From the NCBI GenBank assembly GCA_052066835.1, contig JBQHRJ010000002.1: a DNA stretch of 64,000 nt; one strand, given 5' to 3'. A program made the translations under genes and the position numbers. This DNA comes from Lachnospiraceae bacterium HCP1S3_C2 (GTDB lineage: Bacteria; Bacillota; Clostridia; Lachnospirales; Lachnospiraceae). This document shows positions 17,980-27,312 of the stretch, in pieces (within the stretch, counting starts at the first letter, position 1; each line of letters opens with the position of its first letter). The notes below the pieces were generated by a model that saw nothing but the letters and a program-made list of their open reading frames with translations, had not been told where the DNA came from and did no database searches.

Positions 17980-20235
17980 TTATTTAACTGTAACTTTAAC
18001 TGTCTTAGTTGCTCCACCGCTTGTAATCTTAACTTTAGCAGTACCTTTCTTAAGACCCTTAACTGTTACTTTGCTTCCTGATGTTGTAATCTTAACTATC
18101 TTCTTAGAAGCTGATGTAGCATATGTAGCTTTAAATCCAGCTTTTGAAGGAGAAGTTGTAACTGAAAGTTTTACACTCTTAGCTTTCTTAAGTGAAACGC
18201 TTGAAACTTTCTTAGAACCATTCTTAACTGTGATTGTTGGGTTCTTAACTGTGATTGTTACTTTCTTTGTAATTCCGTTAGCTTTTGCAGAAATTACAAC
18301 CTTACCAGCTTTCTTAGCTGTTACAACACCCTTAGATGATACTGTTGCAACTCTTGTATTTGATGACTTATATGTTACTTTCTTGCTGTCGCCCTTAACT
18401 GTTGCCTTGATTGTTGTTTTGTATGTAGATTTTCCTGTGTAAAGTGTTGTCTTACCTGCTTTAATCTTTAATGAAGGCTTAACTGGTTCCGGAGCCGGTT
18501 TAGATAACTTCTCTACAAGTGCATTGTTAATCTCTGCTACGTTAGGAACTGCATCTACTTTAACCTTACCTGCTGGCCACTGATCTAATGTTGTAGCTGC
18601 TATCTCTTCCGGTGACATGAACTGTGTCTCATCATCATATCCTACCCAGCTGATTGAAAGGTCTACAAGATTTCCATCTGCATCCTTAACTACTACAGCA
18701 CCTGTTGCTGTATCAAGGTAGATTGTGAATGTTCCTGCTTCTTTATTAAGGATTCTGATCTGTGACTGATTGTCTGCATAAGTTGTTGTACCTACACAAA
18801 GACTTCCTGACCATCCTGCATCAATAATTGTATTGTTGATTCTGCAAACTTTAAATCTGTTGTTCCACTCTGCTGTCTCATCATATGCTCCGAGATCTAC
18901 AGTATAGCTGTATACTCCTTCATATGCTGTTGCAGCCATTGTGTTTGTCTTAGCTAATGGGTTCCATGTTGTTGGTCCGAATCCGCCTGCTATTGTATAG
19001 TAAGCTTCTCCTTCTTTCATTGTAGTTGTATCATACTCTAATGAATTCTTAAGAGCATCATTAATCTCTACAAGGTTTGGAACTGAATCTACTTTAACTT
19101 TTCCAGCTGGCCACTGATCTAATGTAGAAGCTGCTATCTCTGCCTCTGACATGAACTGTGTCTCATCATCATATCCTACCCAGCTGATTGAGAGATCTAC
19201 GAATTTACCATCTGTTCCTTTAACTGCTACAGCACCTGTGCTTGCATCGAATAAGATGTAGTATGTACCTGCTGTCTCATTAAGGATTCTGATCTGTGAC
19301 TGATTGTCTGCTGCTACAGTTGTTCCTAAGCAAACGCTTCCTGACCATCCTGCATCAATGATTGAGTTGTCAATCTTGCAAACTTTAAATCTGTTGTTCC
19401 ACTCTGCTGCTTCATCATATGCCTGAAGATCAGCTTTCATAATATATAAGCTGTCACTTCCTGCAACTTTTGTCATCTCTGCTTTTCTTGCAAGAGGATT
19501 CCATGTCTTAACTCCAAAGCCACCTGCTACTGTGTAGTGTACTTCACCTTCAGCCATTGTGCTTGGATCCATGTTTGTAAGTTTATCAGATAATGCTGCG
19601 TTAATCTTGTCAAGTGCAGGAACTGCATCTACTTTAACCTTGCCTGCCGGCCACTGGTCTAATGTAGAAGCTGCTATCTCTGCTGCTGACATGAACTGTG
19701 TCTCATCATCATATCCTACCCAGCTGATTGAAAGATCTACATCTGCATCATTTGCATCTCTTACAACTACAGCACCTGTTGTAGAATCAAAATATACTGT
19801 GAATTTTCCTGCTTCTTCATTAAGAATTCTGATCTGTGACTGATTGTCTGCTGCTACAGTTGTTCCTAAGCAAACGCTTCCTGACCATCCTGCATCAATG
19901 ATTGAGTTGTCAATCCTGCAGACTTTAAATCTGTTGTTCCACTCTGCTGCTTCATCGTATGCCGGAAGCTCAGCTGTGAAAGAATATACACCGTCAAGTC
20001 CTTCTACTGCTTTCATCTCAACATCCTTAGCTAACGGATTCCATGTAACTTTTCCAAATCCGCCTGCAACTGTATAGTGTACTTCTCCGTCTGCCATAGC
20101 AGTTGTGTCAAACTCCTCCGGTGCAGGTGTGGCAGTGTCATCAGCTAATGCACTTACTGTTGGAACTGCTGCCATAGTGAACGCCATAGCTACTGCACTT
20201 GCTACTGCAACTGTGCTTTTAATTAATTTCTTCAT
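17980..20235 (-). CDS. Large secreted surface protein P5: signal peptide + 3 tandem domain-X repeats (about 190 aa each) + two K-rich Big_2-like Ig domains
   Basis: 751 aa. Three near-identical repeats (GEVHYTVAGGFGKVTWNPL...AEWNNRFKVCRIDNSIIDAGWSGSVCLGTT...TGAVVVRDA...ISWVGYDDETQFMS..EIAASTLDQWPAGKVKVD). C-terminal KVTITVK/KVKITSGG Big_2-like pattern. Confidence 0.75.
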   Translation of the reverse strand: MKKLIKSTVAVASAVAMAFTMAAVPTVSALADDTATPAPEEFDTTAMADGEVHYTVAGGFGKVTWNPLAKDVEMKAVEGLDGVYSFTAELPAYDEAAEWNNRFKVCRIDNSIIDAGWSGSVCLGTTVAADNQSQIRILNEEAGKFTVYFDSTTGAVVVRDANDADVDLSISWVGYDDETQFMSAAEIAASTLDQWPAGKVKVDAVPALDKINAALSDKLTNMDPSTMAEGEVHYTVAGGFGVKTWNPLARKAEMTKVAGSDSLYIMKADLQAYDEAAEWNNRFKVCKIDNSIIDAGWSGSVCLGTTVAADNQSQIRILNETAGTYYILFDASTGAVAVKGTDGKFVDLSISWVGYDDETQFMSEAEIAASTLDQWPAGKVKVDSVPNLVEINDALKNSLEYDTTTMKEGEAYYTIAGGFGPTTWNPLAKTNTMAATAYEGVYSYTVDLGAYDETAEWNNRFKVCRINNTIIDAGWSGSLCVGTTTYADNQSQIRILNKEAGTFTIYLDTATGAVVVKDADGNLVDLSISWVGYDDETQFMSPEEIAATTLDQWPAGKVKVDAVPNVAEINNALVEKLSKPAPEPVKPSLKIKAGKTTLYTGKSTYKTTIKATVKGDSKKVTYKSSNTRVATVSSKGVVTAKKAGKVVISAKANGITKKVTITVKNPTITVKNGSKKVSSVSLKKAKSVKLSVTTSPSKAGFKATYATSASKKIVKITTSGSKVTVKGLKKGTAKVKITSGGATKTVKVTVK
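18384..20097. repeat. Three tandem approximately 570-bp DNA repeats inside P5 (near-identical stretches, e.g. 19305-19380 vs 19845-19920)
   Basis: Long identical nucleotide runs seen directly (…gttgttcctaagcaaacgcttcctgaccatcctgcatcaatgattgagttgtcaatc… occurs twice). Confidence 0.7.
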
Positions 20236-20510
20236 AAATTAAAACCATCCCTTTCTTATGTTTTTTTGTTTTTTGCAATGTTGCATGAAATTATTATAGT
20301 ACATTTGCTATAATTTTGCAACTGATTTTCCCAAGTAATTGAACATTTTTAATAATTATTATGTAAAATTTTATCAATTACTATGTAAAATTACTTAAAA
20401 GTTCTAAAAAAACTTAAATCATTATAAACATTTTGGCTATTAGTTGAGTTTTTTTTCACAGTATGCTATACTTTGTGCATTATTTTTACTGAAAGAAGGT
20501 ACAATCACAT

Positions 20511-21257
20511 ATGGAAATATTGCAGCCCGGCAAAAAAAATGACGATGACGTAAAACACGGCAGACTTGAAGCTGAAGCAGAAATATACAATCCAAATCGT
20601 AAAGATCCGTCGGCATCCGAGCGTTGGAAAAGCATGGACAGGAAACAAAAGCTACACCATTTCAGGGAATACTACCTTAAATATGTAATATTGGGAATTG
20701 TTGTACTGGCATTTGCCGGCTACATGATATACTATATTGTAAAGCCTGATGAGAAAGATACATTTTTCGGTGCTTCATTTAATGTGTATTTTGATATTGA
20801 TTTAGAGAAGGATATTCCTGACCGTTTTGGAAAGTATCTTGAGAGCACTACAGATACAAAGCCTGACAAAGACAGAATATTTTTCAAATCATATTACGAT
20901 TCAGTCCTCACGGACACAGAAGTAAACAACTTCTTTGATAAACGCAGATACGATATATTTATCACAACCGAGAGCAGGTTTAAAACATATGCCAAAACCG
21001 ACAATTATTTAGACCTTAAGGATGTTCTTCCGGCTGATAAATATGAAGAATATAAAGATAAACTTGTATTTTGCAATAACCAGAAACAAAAGGATACTAC
21101 CACCGAACATGCCTATGGCATTTCGCTTAAAGACTGTAATTACAAATTTTACGATTATTACGAAAATCCAATCAATGATGCGGTTATAGGAATAGTCATC
21201 AATACCCAGCGTCCCGAAACCGCAATCGACTTTATTGATTTTCTGTTTAATGACTGA
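20511..21257 (+). CDS. Hypothetical single-pass membrane protein (cytoplasmic N-terminus, one TM, about 170-aa extracytoplasmic domain)
   Basis: 248 aa. TM segment YVILGIVVLAFAGYMIYYIV. No motif I recognise. Divergent from P5. Confidence 0.45.
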   Translation: MEILQPGKKNDDDVKHGRLEAEAEIYNPNRKDPSASERWKSMDRKQKLHHFREYYLKYVILGIVVLAFAGYMIYYIVKPDEKDTFFGASFNVYFDIDLEKDIPDRFGKYLESTTDTKPDKDRIFFKSYYDSVLTDTEVNNFFDKRRYDIFITTESRFKTYAKTDNYLDLKDVLPADKYEEYKDKLVFCNNQKQKDTTTEHAYGISLKDCNYKFYDYYENPINDAVIGIVINTQRPETAIDFIDFLFND

Positions 21258-21292
21258 TTTAAAACAGAGATTTATTTGCACCAAAAATCCCC

Positions 21293-21337
21293 ACAGTGTA
21301 TCAGATAATGATATACTGTGGGGATTTTATATTTACG
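21293..21337. terminator. Bidirectional intrinsic terminator between convergent genes
   Basis: aaaaATCCCCACAGTGTATCagataatgATATACTGTGGGGATtttat. A perfect 16-bp stem with an A-tract and a T-tract on either side. Confidence 0.7.
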
Positions 21338-21386
21338 CAGGCAACGTACGAAAATCCTAAGTTACCTCCAAAATGTCCTGCCCTTA

Positions 21387-23063
21387 TTATTTAAGAACCA
21401 CTATTGAAAAAGGTGGCATTACGATTGTATCTTCTGTCTGATAAGGTTCATCATCACCGACTGCAAGGATGGCTTTAATGTTTGTATAACCATTTTCAGT
21501 TCTGTCCAGTTTAACTTCCTTTTCGTCTGTTGATGACGTATTTGCAAGTACAATTATGCTGCTGCCCTCATAAGTCTTTCTTACTGCAAATATTTCCTCA
21601 TCCACACCGTCTATTATTTCCACATCTCCTCGTGCCATTTCTGGAAACATGTTTCTTATTTTAACAGCATGTTTTACATAATTTAATATAGAGCTGTCAT
21701 CTTTGAGCTGTTCTTCCACTGAACCGAATTTGTTAATGACATATGCAGACTGCATATTTACCGGTCCTCTTGTTTTTCCTGTATCATCTGTCGATGACCA
21801 TATCATAGGTGAACGCTTGTTTTCATCATCACCCGCTCCTCCGAGTCCTATTTCATCACCATAATAATAGAAAGGTGAACCATTCATTATGCTTAACAGT
21901 CCGGCATCCATCTTTATTTTGTCCTCTTTAAATGCAAGATAATGTGCTGCCCTGTTCAAATCATGATTTGCATAAAAAGGAGCCATTACTCCGTTTGGAT
22001 TTTTACTCTTTATAGTATCAAGTGAATAAACAAGATTGTCTGCAAGATAACGTCCATTATACTCTTTATTATTATCCTGTACTATGTTTGCAAGGTGTCC
22101 GTCAAAGCTTGCATAGTTGAAATCAAATACACTGTCTATTCCGCTGGCAAGATATTCATAATAATCTCCTGACCACGCCTCTCCGACTATGTAGGCATCA
22201 GGTTTTATACTCTTGACATACTGGCTGAACCATGTGAGAACCTCCACATTTTTAGGTGTATTTCCTGAATAATATTCTTTCACTGCATCAAGTCTGAATC
22301 CGCCTACACCGTACTCCTCTATCCAGTATTTTGCAATATTTTCAAATTCCTCTTTAAGCTTTGGATTGTCCCAGTTAAGGTCAGGCATGTTGCTGCTGAA
22401 CTGTGCATTGTAATACCAATCTGAATTGCCTACCTGATAATAATTTCCCGATTCTTTAGTTCTTGAGAATGTATAATATCCAACGTATGGGCATACATTT
22501 TCGTCAGGCTCCTCTCCCGGTGCCAGACTTTCAAGATATTCTGAAGCCTTCAAAAACCATTCATGGTGATCACTCGAATGATTCATGACAAGATCCATTA
22601 TAACCTTAATGCCTCTCTTATTACACTCTTCCACCAACTGTTTAAAGTCTTCTTTTGTTCCGTATCCTGAGTCAATGTCATAATAATCCATAACATCATA
22701 TTTATGATATGTAGGAGACGGATTCACAGGCATAAGCCATAAGCCGTTCATCCCAAGGTCATCATCTGTAGTATCATCACCATCATTTATATAATCAAGC
22801 TTTGATATAAGTCCCTGAATATCTCCCAGGCCGTCACCATTACTGTCATAAAATGAACCTACAAATACTTCATAATAATTTCTGTAGTTATCATCAACCA
22901 CGTTAAGTTCCGTAGCAAGCTCCGGAGCGACAGTTTCCACTTCTACCTTTTTGTCTGTCTCCTTAGAAGCATCCTTTTTGTCAGTTGTACCGCACGCACA
23001 GATTCCCAGACACAATGCACCGATGGCAACTGATGCAAATAACTCTTTTTTTGTTAATCTCAT
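21387..23063 (-). CDS. GH13 alpha-amylase family lipoprotein
   Basis: 558 aa. Lipoprotein-like signal (…ALCLGICACG), GH13 conserved regions (DLVMNHSS, GGFRLDAVKE, EAWS, FYANHD). Confidence 0.8.
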   Translation of the reverse strand: MRLTKKELFASVAIGALCLGICACGTTDKKDASKETDKKVEVETVAPELATELNVVDDNYRNYYEVFVGSFYDSNGDGLGDIQGLISKLDYINDGDDTTDDDLGMNGLWLMPVNPSPTYHKYDVMDYYDIDSGYGTKEDFKQLVEECNKRGIKVIMDLVMNHSSDHHEWFLKASEYLESLAPGEEPDENVCPYVGYYTFSRTKESGNYYQVGNSDWYYNAQFSSNMPDLNWDNPKLKEEFENIAKYWIEEYGVGGFRLDAVKEYYSGNTPKNVEVLTWFSQYVKSIKPDAYIVGEAWSGDYYEYLASGIDSVFDFNYASFDGHLANIVQDNNKEYNGRYLADNLVYSLDTIKSKNPNGVMAPFYANHDLNRAAHYLAFKEDKIKMDAGLLSIMNGSPFYYYGDEIGLGGAGDDENKRSPMIWSSTDDTGKTRGPVNMQSAYVINKFGSVEEQLKDDSSILNYVKHAVKIRNMFPEMARGDVEIIDGVDEEIFAVRKTYEGSSIIVLANTSSTDEKEVKLDRTENGYTNIKAILAVGDDEPYQTEDTIVMPPFSIVVLK

Positions 23064-23614
23064 TTCTTTCCTCCAATTTTCTTTTTTTGTTCTGAACGTA
23101 ATATGTCAAACGATGTAAATACATAGAAAATCACCGTCACTGCACATATCTTCGAGAAGAAGAAAAATGCTATTTCGATTTCCTCAAAGTTTAAGAATAC
23201 ATACTCAGCTATATAACACACCAGTATAACTCTCCAAACCATGGTCAACCGCTTGCTTTGTATATCCAGCCTTGGATTTTTAAAGCTTTTTAACGCAAAC
23301 GTCAGTAAAAATATTGTTGTCACTTTAAGCATATCCGATGCCGCACTTATCATCGTAACCGCCATCACAGGCATTTTCGACATCAGTCCGTACATATCAA
23401 GAATGTACGCCACATACGAATACACAAATGCCACTATAAGAGAAATATTAAATTTCTTAAAGTCGGCAGACCCGTTTTTATATTTCCACGCCCCCCAGAA
23501 TATCAGAAGATATCCTATAAAATCAGGCAGTATATCTGCTCTGTTTCCCTGAGTTCCTATCTGATACACAATATCAAACAGTACCAGGAAGTATCCTATT
23601 ATAATTCGGATCAT
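23060..23614 (-). CDS. Polytopic membrane protein, translationally coupled upstream of amylase
   Basis: 184 aa, about 5 TM segments. Its stop overlaps the amylase start by 4 bp (ATGA). Confidence 0.5.
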   Translation of the reverse strand: MIRIIIGYFLVLFDIVYQIGTQGNRADILPDFIGYLLIFWGAWKYKNGSADFKKFNISLIVAFVYSYVAYILDMYGLMSKMPVMAVTMISAASDMLKVTTIFLLTFALKSFKNPRLDIQSKRLTMVWRVILVCYIAEYVFLNFEEIEIAFFFFSKICAVTVIFYVFTSFDILRSEQKKKIGGKK

Positions 23615-23798
23615 TAACTGCTACACTCCTTTTTTTATTGACATACCTGTTTATTTTATCATCAATAATTTGTTTTGTCATTAATGTTATTGATTTTGGA
23701 TAATTAAATCACTATCGTACCATACTAATGTTGTAATTTTTGAGGTTTATGCCGAATAATTGCGTATTATTATATAATCTTTTTAATGGAGGACTACA

Positions 23799-25355
23799 AT
23801 GGGAGAAATGTTTTGTTTTCAATGCCAGCAGACATCCCACAATACAGGCTGTGAGGGACGTGCCGGCGTATGCGGTAAAAAGTATGATACCGCAAATTAT
23901 CAGGATGAGCTTACAGGCGCACTTATAGGACTTTCCCGTGCCGTCAGATCATCTGAGCCTACTGATACATCTGATGAACTTATGTTTAAAGGCCTGTTTA
24001 CAACTATAACAAATGTAAATTTTAATAACGAAACCATCAACGATCTTATTAAAAAAGTCAGAACAGAAAAGAAGAATATATCCGATGATGCTGATGATTA
24101 TAATATGCAGCATTTATGGGCAGCCGACGAAGATATCCGCTCTCTCAAATCTCTTATATTATTCGGTCTGCGTGGCATGGCGGCATACGCATATCATGCA
24201 TACGCCCTCGGATACAAAGACCGGGAGGTAACTGACTTTTTCTATGAAGGGCTTTGCGCTGTGGGCGGTGAACATGACACAGATTATCTGTTATCCGTTG
24301 TGTTAAAAACAGGTGAGGTGAATTTTAAGTGTCTTGAACTTCTTGACACGGCAAATACCGAAACCTATGGTAACCCGGTTCCCGTCACTGTACCGCTTAC
24401 TATAGAAAAAGGACCGTTTATAGTTGTCAGCGGACATGACCTTCACGACATGAAGCTTTTACTTGAACAGACGGACGGAACCGGCGTAAACGTGTATACA
24501 CACAGCGAAATGCTTCCTGCCCACGGTTATCCGGAACTAAAGAAACACAAGCAGCTAAAGGGTAACTTCGGTACTGCATGGCAGAGCCAGCAGTTTGAAT
24601 TTCACAATATTCCTGCTCCAATATTATTCACAACGAACTGCCTTATGCCGGTACGCCAAAGCTATTGTGACCGTGTCTATACTACATCTGTCGTCTCTTA
24701 TCCTGATCTCATCCACATAGGAGAAGATAAAGATTTCACACCGGTAATCCAAAAAGCCATCGAATGTAAAGGCTATCCGGAAGACCACCCTATGACCGGC
24801 ATAAATGGCGGTACAACTGTTACAACCGGTTTCGGACACGATGCCATACTTTCACATGCCGAAAAAATCATTGAACTCATAAACAAAGGAAAAATAAAGC
24901 ACATATTCTTAATCGGCGGCTGCGACGGTGCTGCTCCAGGGAGAAGCTATTATACTGAATTTGCAAAATCTGTACCTGATGACGCAATTATTATTACTCT
25001 TGCATGTGGAAAATACAGACTGAATGATTTAAACTTAGGAGATATAGAAGGAATTCCCCGTCTTCTCGATGCCGGACAGTGTAACGATTCATACACTGCC
25101 ATCAAGGTCGCCCTCGCTCTTGCAGATGCATTTAAATGTAATGTAAACGAACTTCCTCTTACACTTGTTCTTTCATGGTATGAGCAAAAGGCTGTTTGTA
25201 TTCTGCTCGCCCTTCTCTCACTCGGAATTAAAAATATATTTCTCGGGCCAACCATACCGGCATTTATATCAGAAAACGTTCTGAATATCCTTATAGAAAA
25301 CTACGGAATAAGAAAAATCTCTACCGTAGAAGAAGACCTTGCAAAATCTTTTTAA
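23799..25355 (+). CDS. hcp: Hydroxylamine reductase / hybrid-cluster protein
   Basis: 518 aa. N-terminal CFQCQQT...C...C cysteine cluster and hybrid-cluster ligand regions (CGKYRLN, GQCNDSY). Confidence 0.8.
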   Translation: MGEMFCFQCQQTSHNTGCEGRAGVCGKKYDTANYQDELTGALIGLSRAVRSSEPTDTSDELMFKGLFTTITNVNFNNETINDLIKKVRTEKKNISDDADDYNMQHLWAADEDIRSLKSLILFGLRGMAAYAYHAYALGYKDREVTDFFYEGLCAVGGEHDTDYLLSVVLKTGEVNFKCLELLDTANTETYGNPVPVTVPLTIEKGPFIVVSGHDLHDMKLLLEQTDGTGVNVYTHSEMLPAHGYPELKKHKQLKGNFGTAWQSQQFEFHNIPAPILFTTNCLMPVRQSYCDRVYTTSVVSYPDLIHIGEDKDFTPVIQKAIECKGYPEDHPMTGINGGTTVTTGFGHDAILSHAEKIIELINKGKIKHIFLIGGCDGAAPGRSYYTEFAKSVPDDAIIITLACGKYRLNDLNLGDIEGIPRLLDAGQCNDSYTAIKVALALADAFKCNVNELPLTLVLSWYEQKAVCILLALLSLGIKNIFLGPTIPAFISENVLNILIENYGIRKISTVEEDLAKSF

Positions 25356-25375
25356 ACTGATAAAATAACAAAAAG

Positions 25376-25425
25376 AAATGTGAAAACTCATTGCAATAAT
25401 GATTTTCCACATTTCTCTTTTACAT
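25376..25425 (+). terminator. Probable terminator after hcp
   Basis: GAAATGTGAAAA...TTTTCCACATTTC stem followed by TCTTTT. Confidence 0.4.
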
Positions 25426-25606
25426 ACAGTGTATTAATCAGCCTAAATAATTATTTTGAAAAATACTTTAAAATAGCTTCCCATAATCCTGACATTCCGG
25501 CTCACTCCTTTATATTTGATGCTTAAAGGATAGGCTTTTCTGAAGGATTTTTAACTTACTTACGGGTATGCTTTTTTCGTTGATAAAGTAATAGAAAGGA
25601 CTATTT

Positions 25607-27043
25607 ATGTTAAGAAATATTACAAGATACTTTTCGCTTATCATTTGCAGCATATATACATACAGAATGATTCTAAATGTCAGGCCAAAATCACGAAAAT
25701 CATATTATATAATCTGTTCCGTATTTTCTGCTGCCCTTGCCACACTGTCGTACTTGCTGCTTAAAGATATTGATTACTTTGAATTTGTTTTTATGATTGT
25801 AATGGTAACCCTGTTTTTAACCAGATATTATTCAAAAGATTTTTCCCTGTCATTCAACACTGTATTAATTTCATTCAGTTACAGCTATATAGTATTCTCC
25901 ATTGTGTCAGTTCCGTTAGTGACATTTAATTACATAGTATTAGGCTCATTTTTAAATCCTACACTGCTACAGTTTATAGGTATGTTTATACAATTTGCCG
26001 TATGCACTATACCTTTCAGATTTAACAGGTTCAAAAACGGACTTTCATTTATAAACAAACCATTTTACAGCACACCATTTACCGTTATCGGTATCCTTGT
26101 GATTCTCGCAGCAATGTTGTTAAATGCCAAAACTGAAGGAACCCTCATTCACATTGTTCCACTTTCATTTTTACTTATCTGTGCCATATTCATGCTAAGC
26201 TGGTGGCAGTCTTACACAACCCGCGAATACATGGACAGAATCCGTTCAAGAGAATTTCAGGAGTATGTAATTCAGCTTCAGGATAAGGATATTAAAATCA
26301 ATCAGCTTGAAAATGAAGTGAAACACCTCTCTTCACTGATACATAAAGATAATAAACTTCTGCCTGCAATGGAACTTGCTGTTGAAAATATGATTAATAA
26401 TCCTGACAGCCATGATAAGGAGAAACTTCTTGACAGACTTAAAGACATAAGTTCAGAACGTACAGGAATACTTAACAGACTTGAAACAAGCGAAAAGTAC
26501 ATATCCACAACCAGAAATATCGCCATTGATTCTCTGTTTGGCTATATGCATCAGCGTGCATGCCGGGACGGGATAAATTTTAATGTAATTGCAGACCCCA
26601 ATATAACCGAATGGATTGGTAATCCTGTGACTGAAGACGAACTGTCTACCATCCTTGCAGATATAACCGAAAATGCAATAATCGCGACCGGATCATCTGA
26701 CATCAAAAATGTTATGGTAAACTTTGATACATCGTCCTGTCTCACCATAAATGTGTATGACAGCGGTCCGGCATTTGATATAAATGTGCTTGCAAATTGG
26801 GGACGCAAAAGATATACAACCCACAAAAATGAAGGTGGAAGCGGTATCGGACTGTATACAACCTACGAAATACTTAAAAAATATAATGGAAGCTTTCTTA
26901 TAGAAGAATTCGATATTGAAAACAAATCTTTCACAAAAAAAGTCTCCATTATATTTGATTATTCAGACGAATATATGCTCAAATCGACAAGAAGCAAATC
27001 AGACAGGCATATACTCAAGTCATCTTTATTTAAACTTATCTAA
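25607..27043 (+). CDS. Membrane sensor histidine kinase, AgrC/HPK10-like (6-TM sensor + GHKL ATPase)
   Basis: 478 aa. About 6 N-terminal TM helices, a coiled-coil linker, a putative H-box LIHKDNKLL, and an ATPase with N/G boxes (ENAIIATGS..., DSGPAFD, GGSGIGLYTTYEILKKYNG). Confidence 0.65.
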   Translation: MLRNITRYFSLIICSIYTYRMILNVRPKSRKSYYIICSVFSAALATLSYLLLKDIDYFEFVFMIVMVTLFLTRYYSKDFSLSFNTVLISFSYSYIVFSIVSVPLVTFNYIVLGSFLNPTLLQFIGMFIQFAVCTIPFRFNRFKNGLSFINKPFYSTPFTVIGILVILAAMLLNAKTEGTLIHIVPLSFLLICAIFMLSWWQSYTTREYMDRIRSREFQEYVIQLQDKDIKINQLENEVKHLSSLIHKDNKLLPAMELAVENMINNPDSHDKEKLLDRLKDISSERTGILNRLETSEKYISTTRNIAIDSLFGYMHQRACRDGINFNVIADPNITEWIGNPVTEDELSTILADITENAIIATGSSDIKNVMVNFDTSSCLTINVYDSGPAFDINVLANWGRKRYTTHKNEGGSGIGLYTTYEILKKYNGSFLIEEFDIENKSFTKKVSIIFDYSDEYMLKSTRSKSDRHILKSSLFKLI

Positions 27044-27057
27044 AACTTCATATTTTA

Positions 27058-27118
27058 AAAGAGCATTATACAATTGATTTTTAACCAAATCTTTTATATA
27101 ACGCTCTTTTTTTATTCT
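27058..27118 (+). terminator. Hairpin + T-tract between kinase and regulator genes
   Basis: AAAGAGCATTATA-(loop)-TATAACGCTCTTTtttttatt. Confidence 0.4.
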
Positions 27119-27206
27119 ATCCTTCATTTCTCATATTTACTTATTCCACCGTTGCCTATAGTTTAAACACTGGGTTTTCAAATTTCAATTCAATATCAGT
27201 ATACAT

Positions 27207-27253
27207 TTTGTGTTGATTTTTGTTGTTTTGTGTTGTTTTTGTGTTTATTTATG
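27207..27253. repeat. TG-rich simple-sequence tract (TTTTGTG-like units)
   Basis: tgtgttgatttttgttgttttgtgttgtttttgtgtttatttatgtt lies immediately upstream of a TATAAT-like box and the regulator gene. Confidence 0.5.
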
Positions 27254-27312
27254 TTATAATACGCATATATGGACAAAACAAATTTTTTCAAATATATTAG
27301 GCAGGGATATTT

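Noticed and set aside
27207-27253. TG-rich tract as a possible CRISPR or minisatellite
   Set aside because: No spacer-repeat periodicity. It is simple-sequence only, kept as a low-complexity repeat feature.
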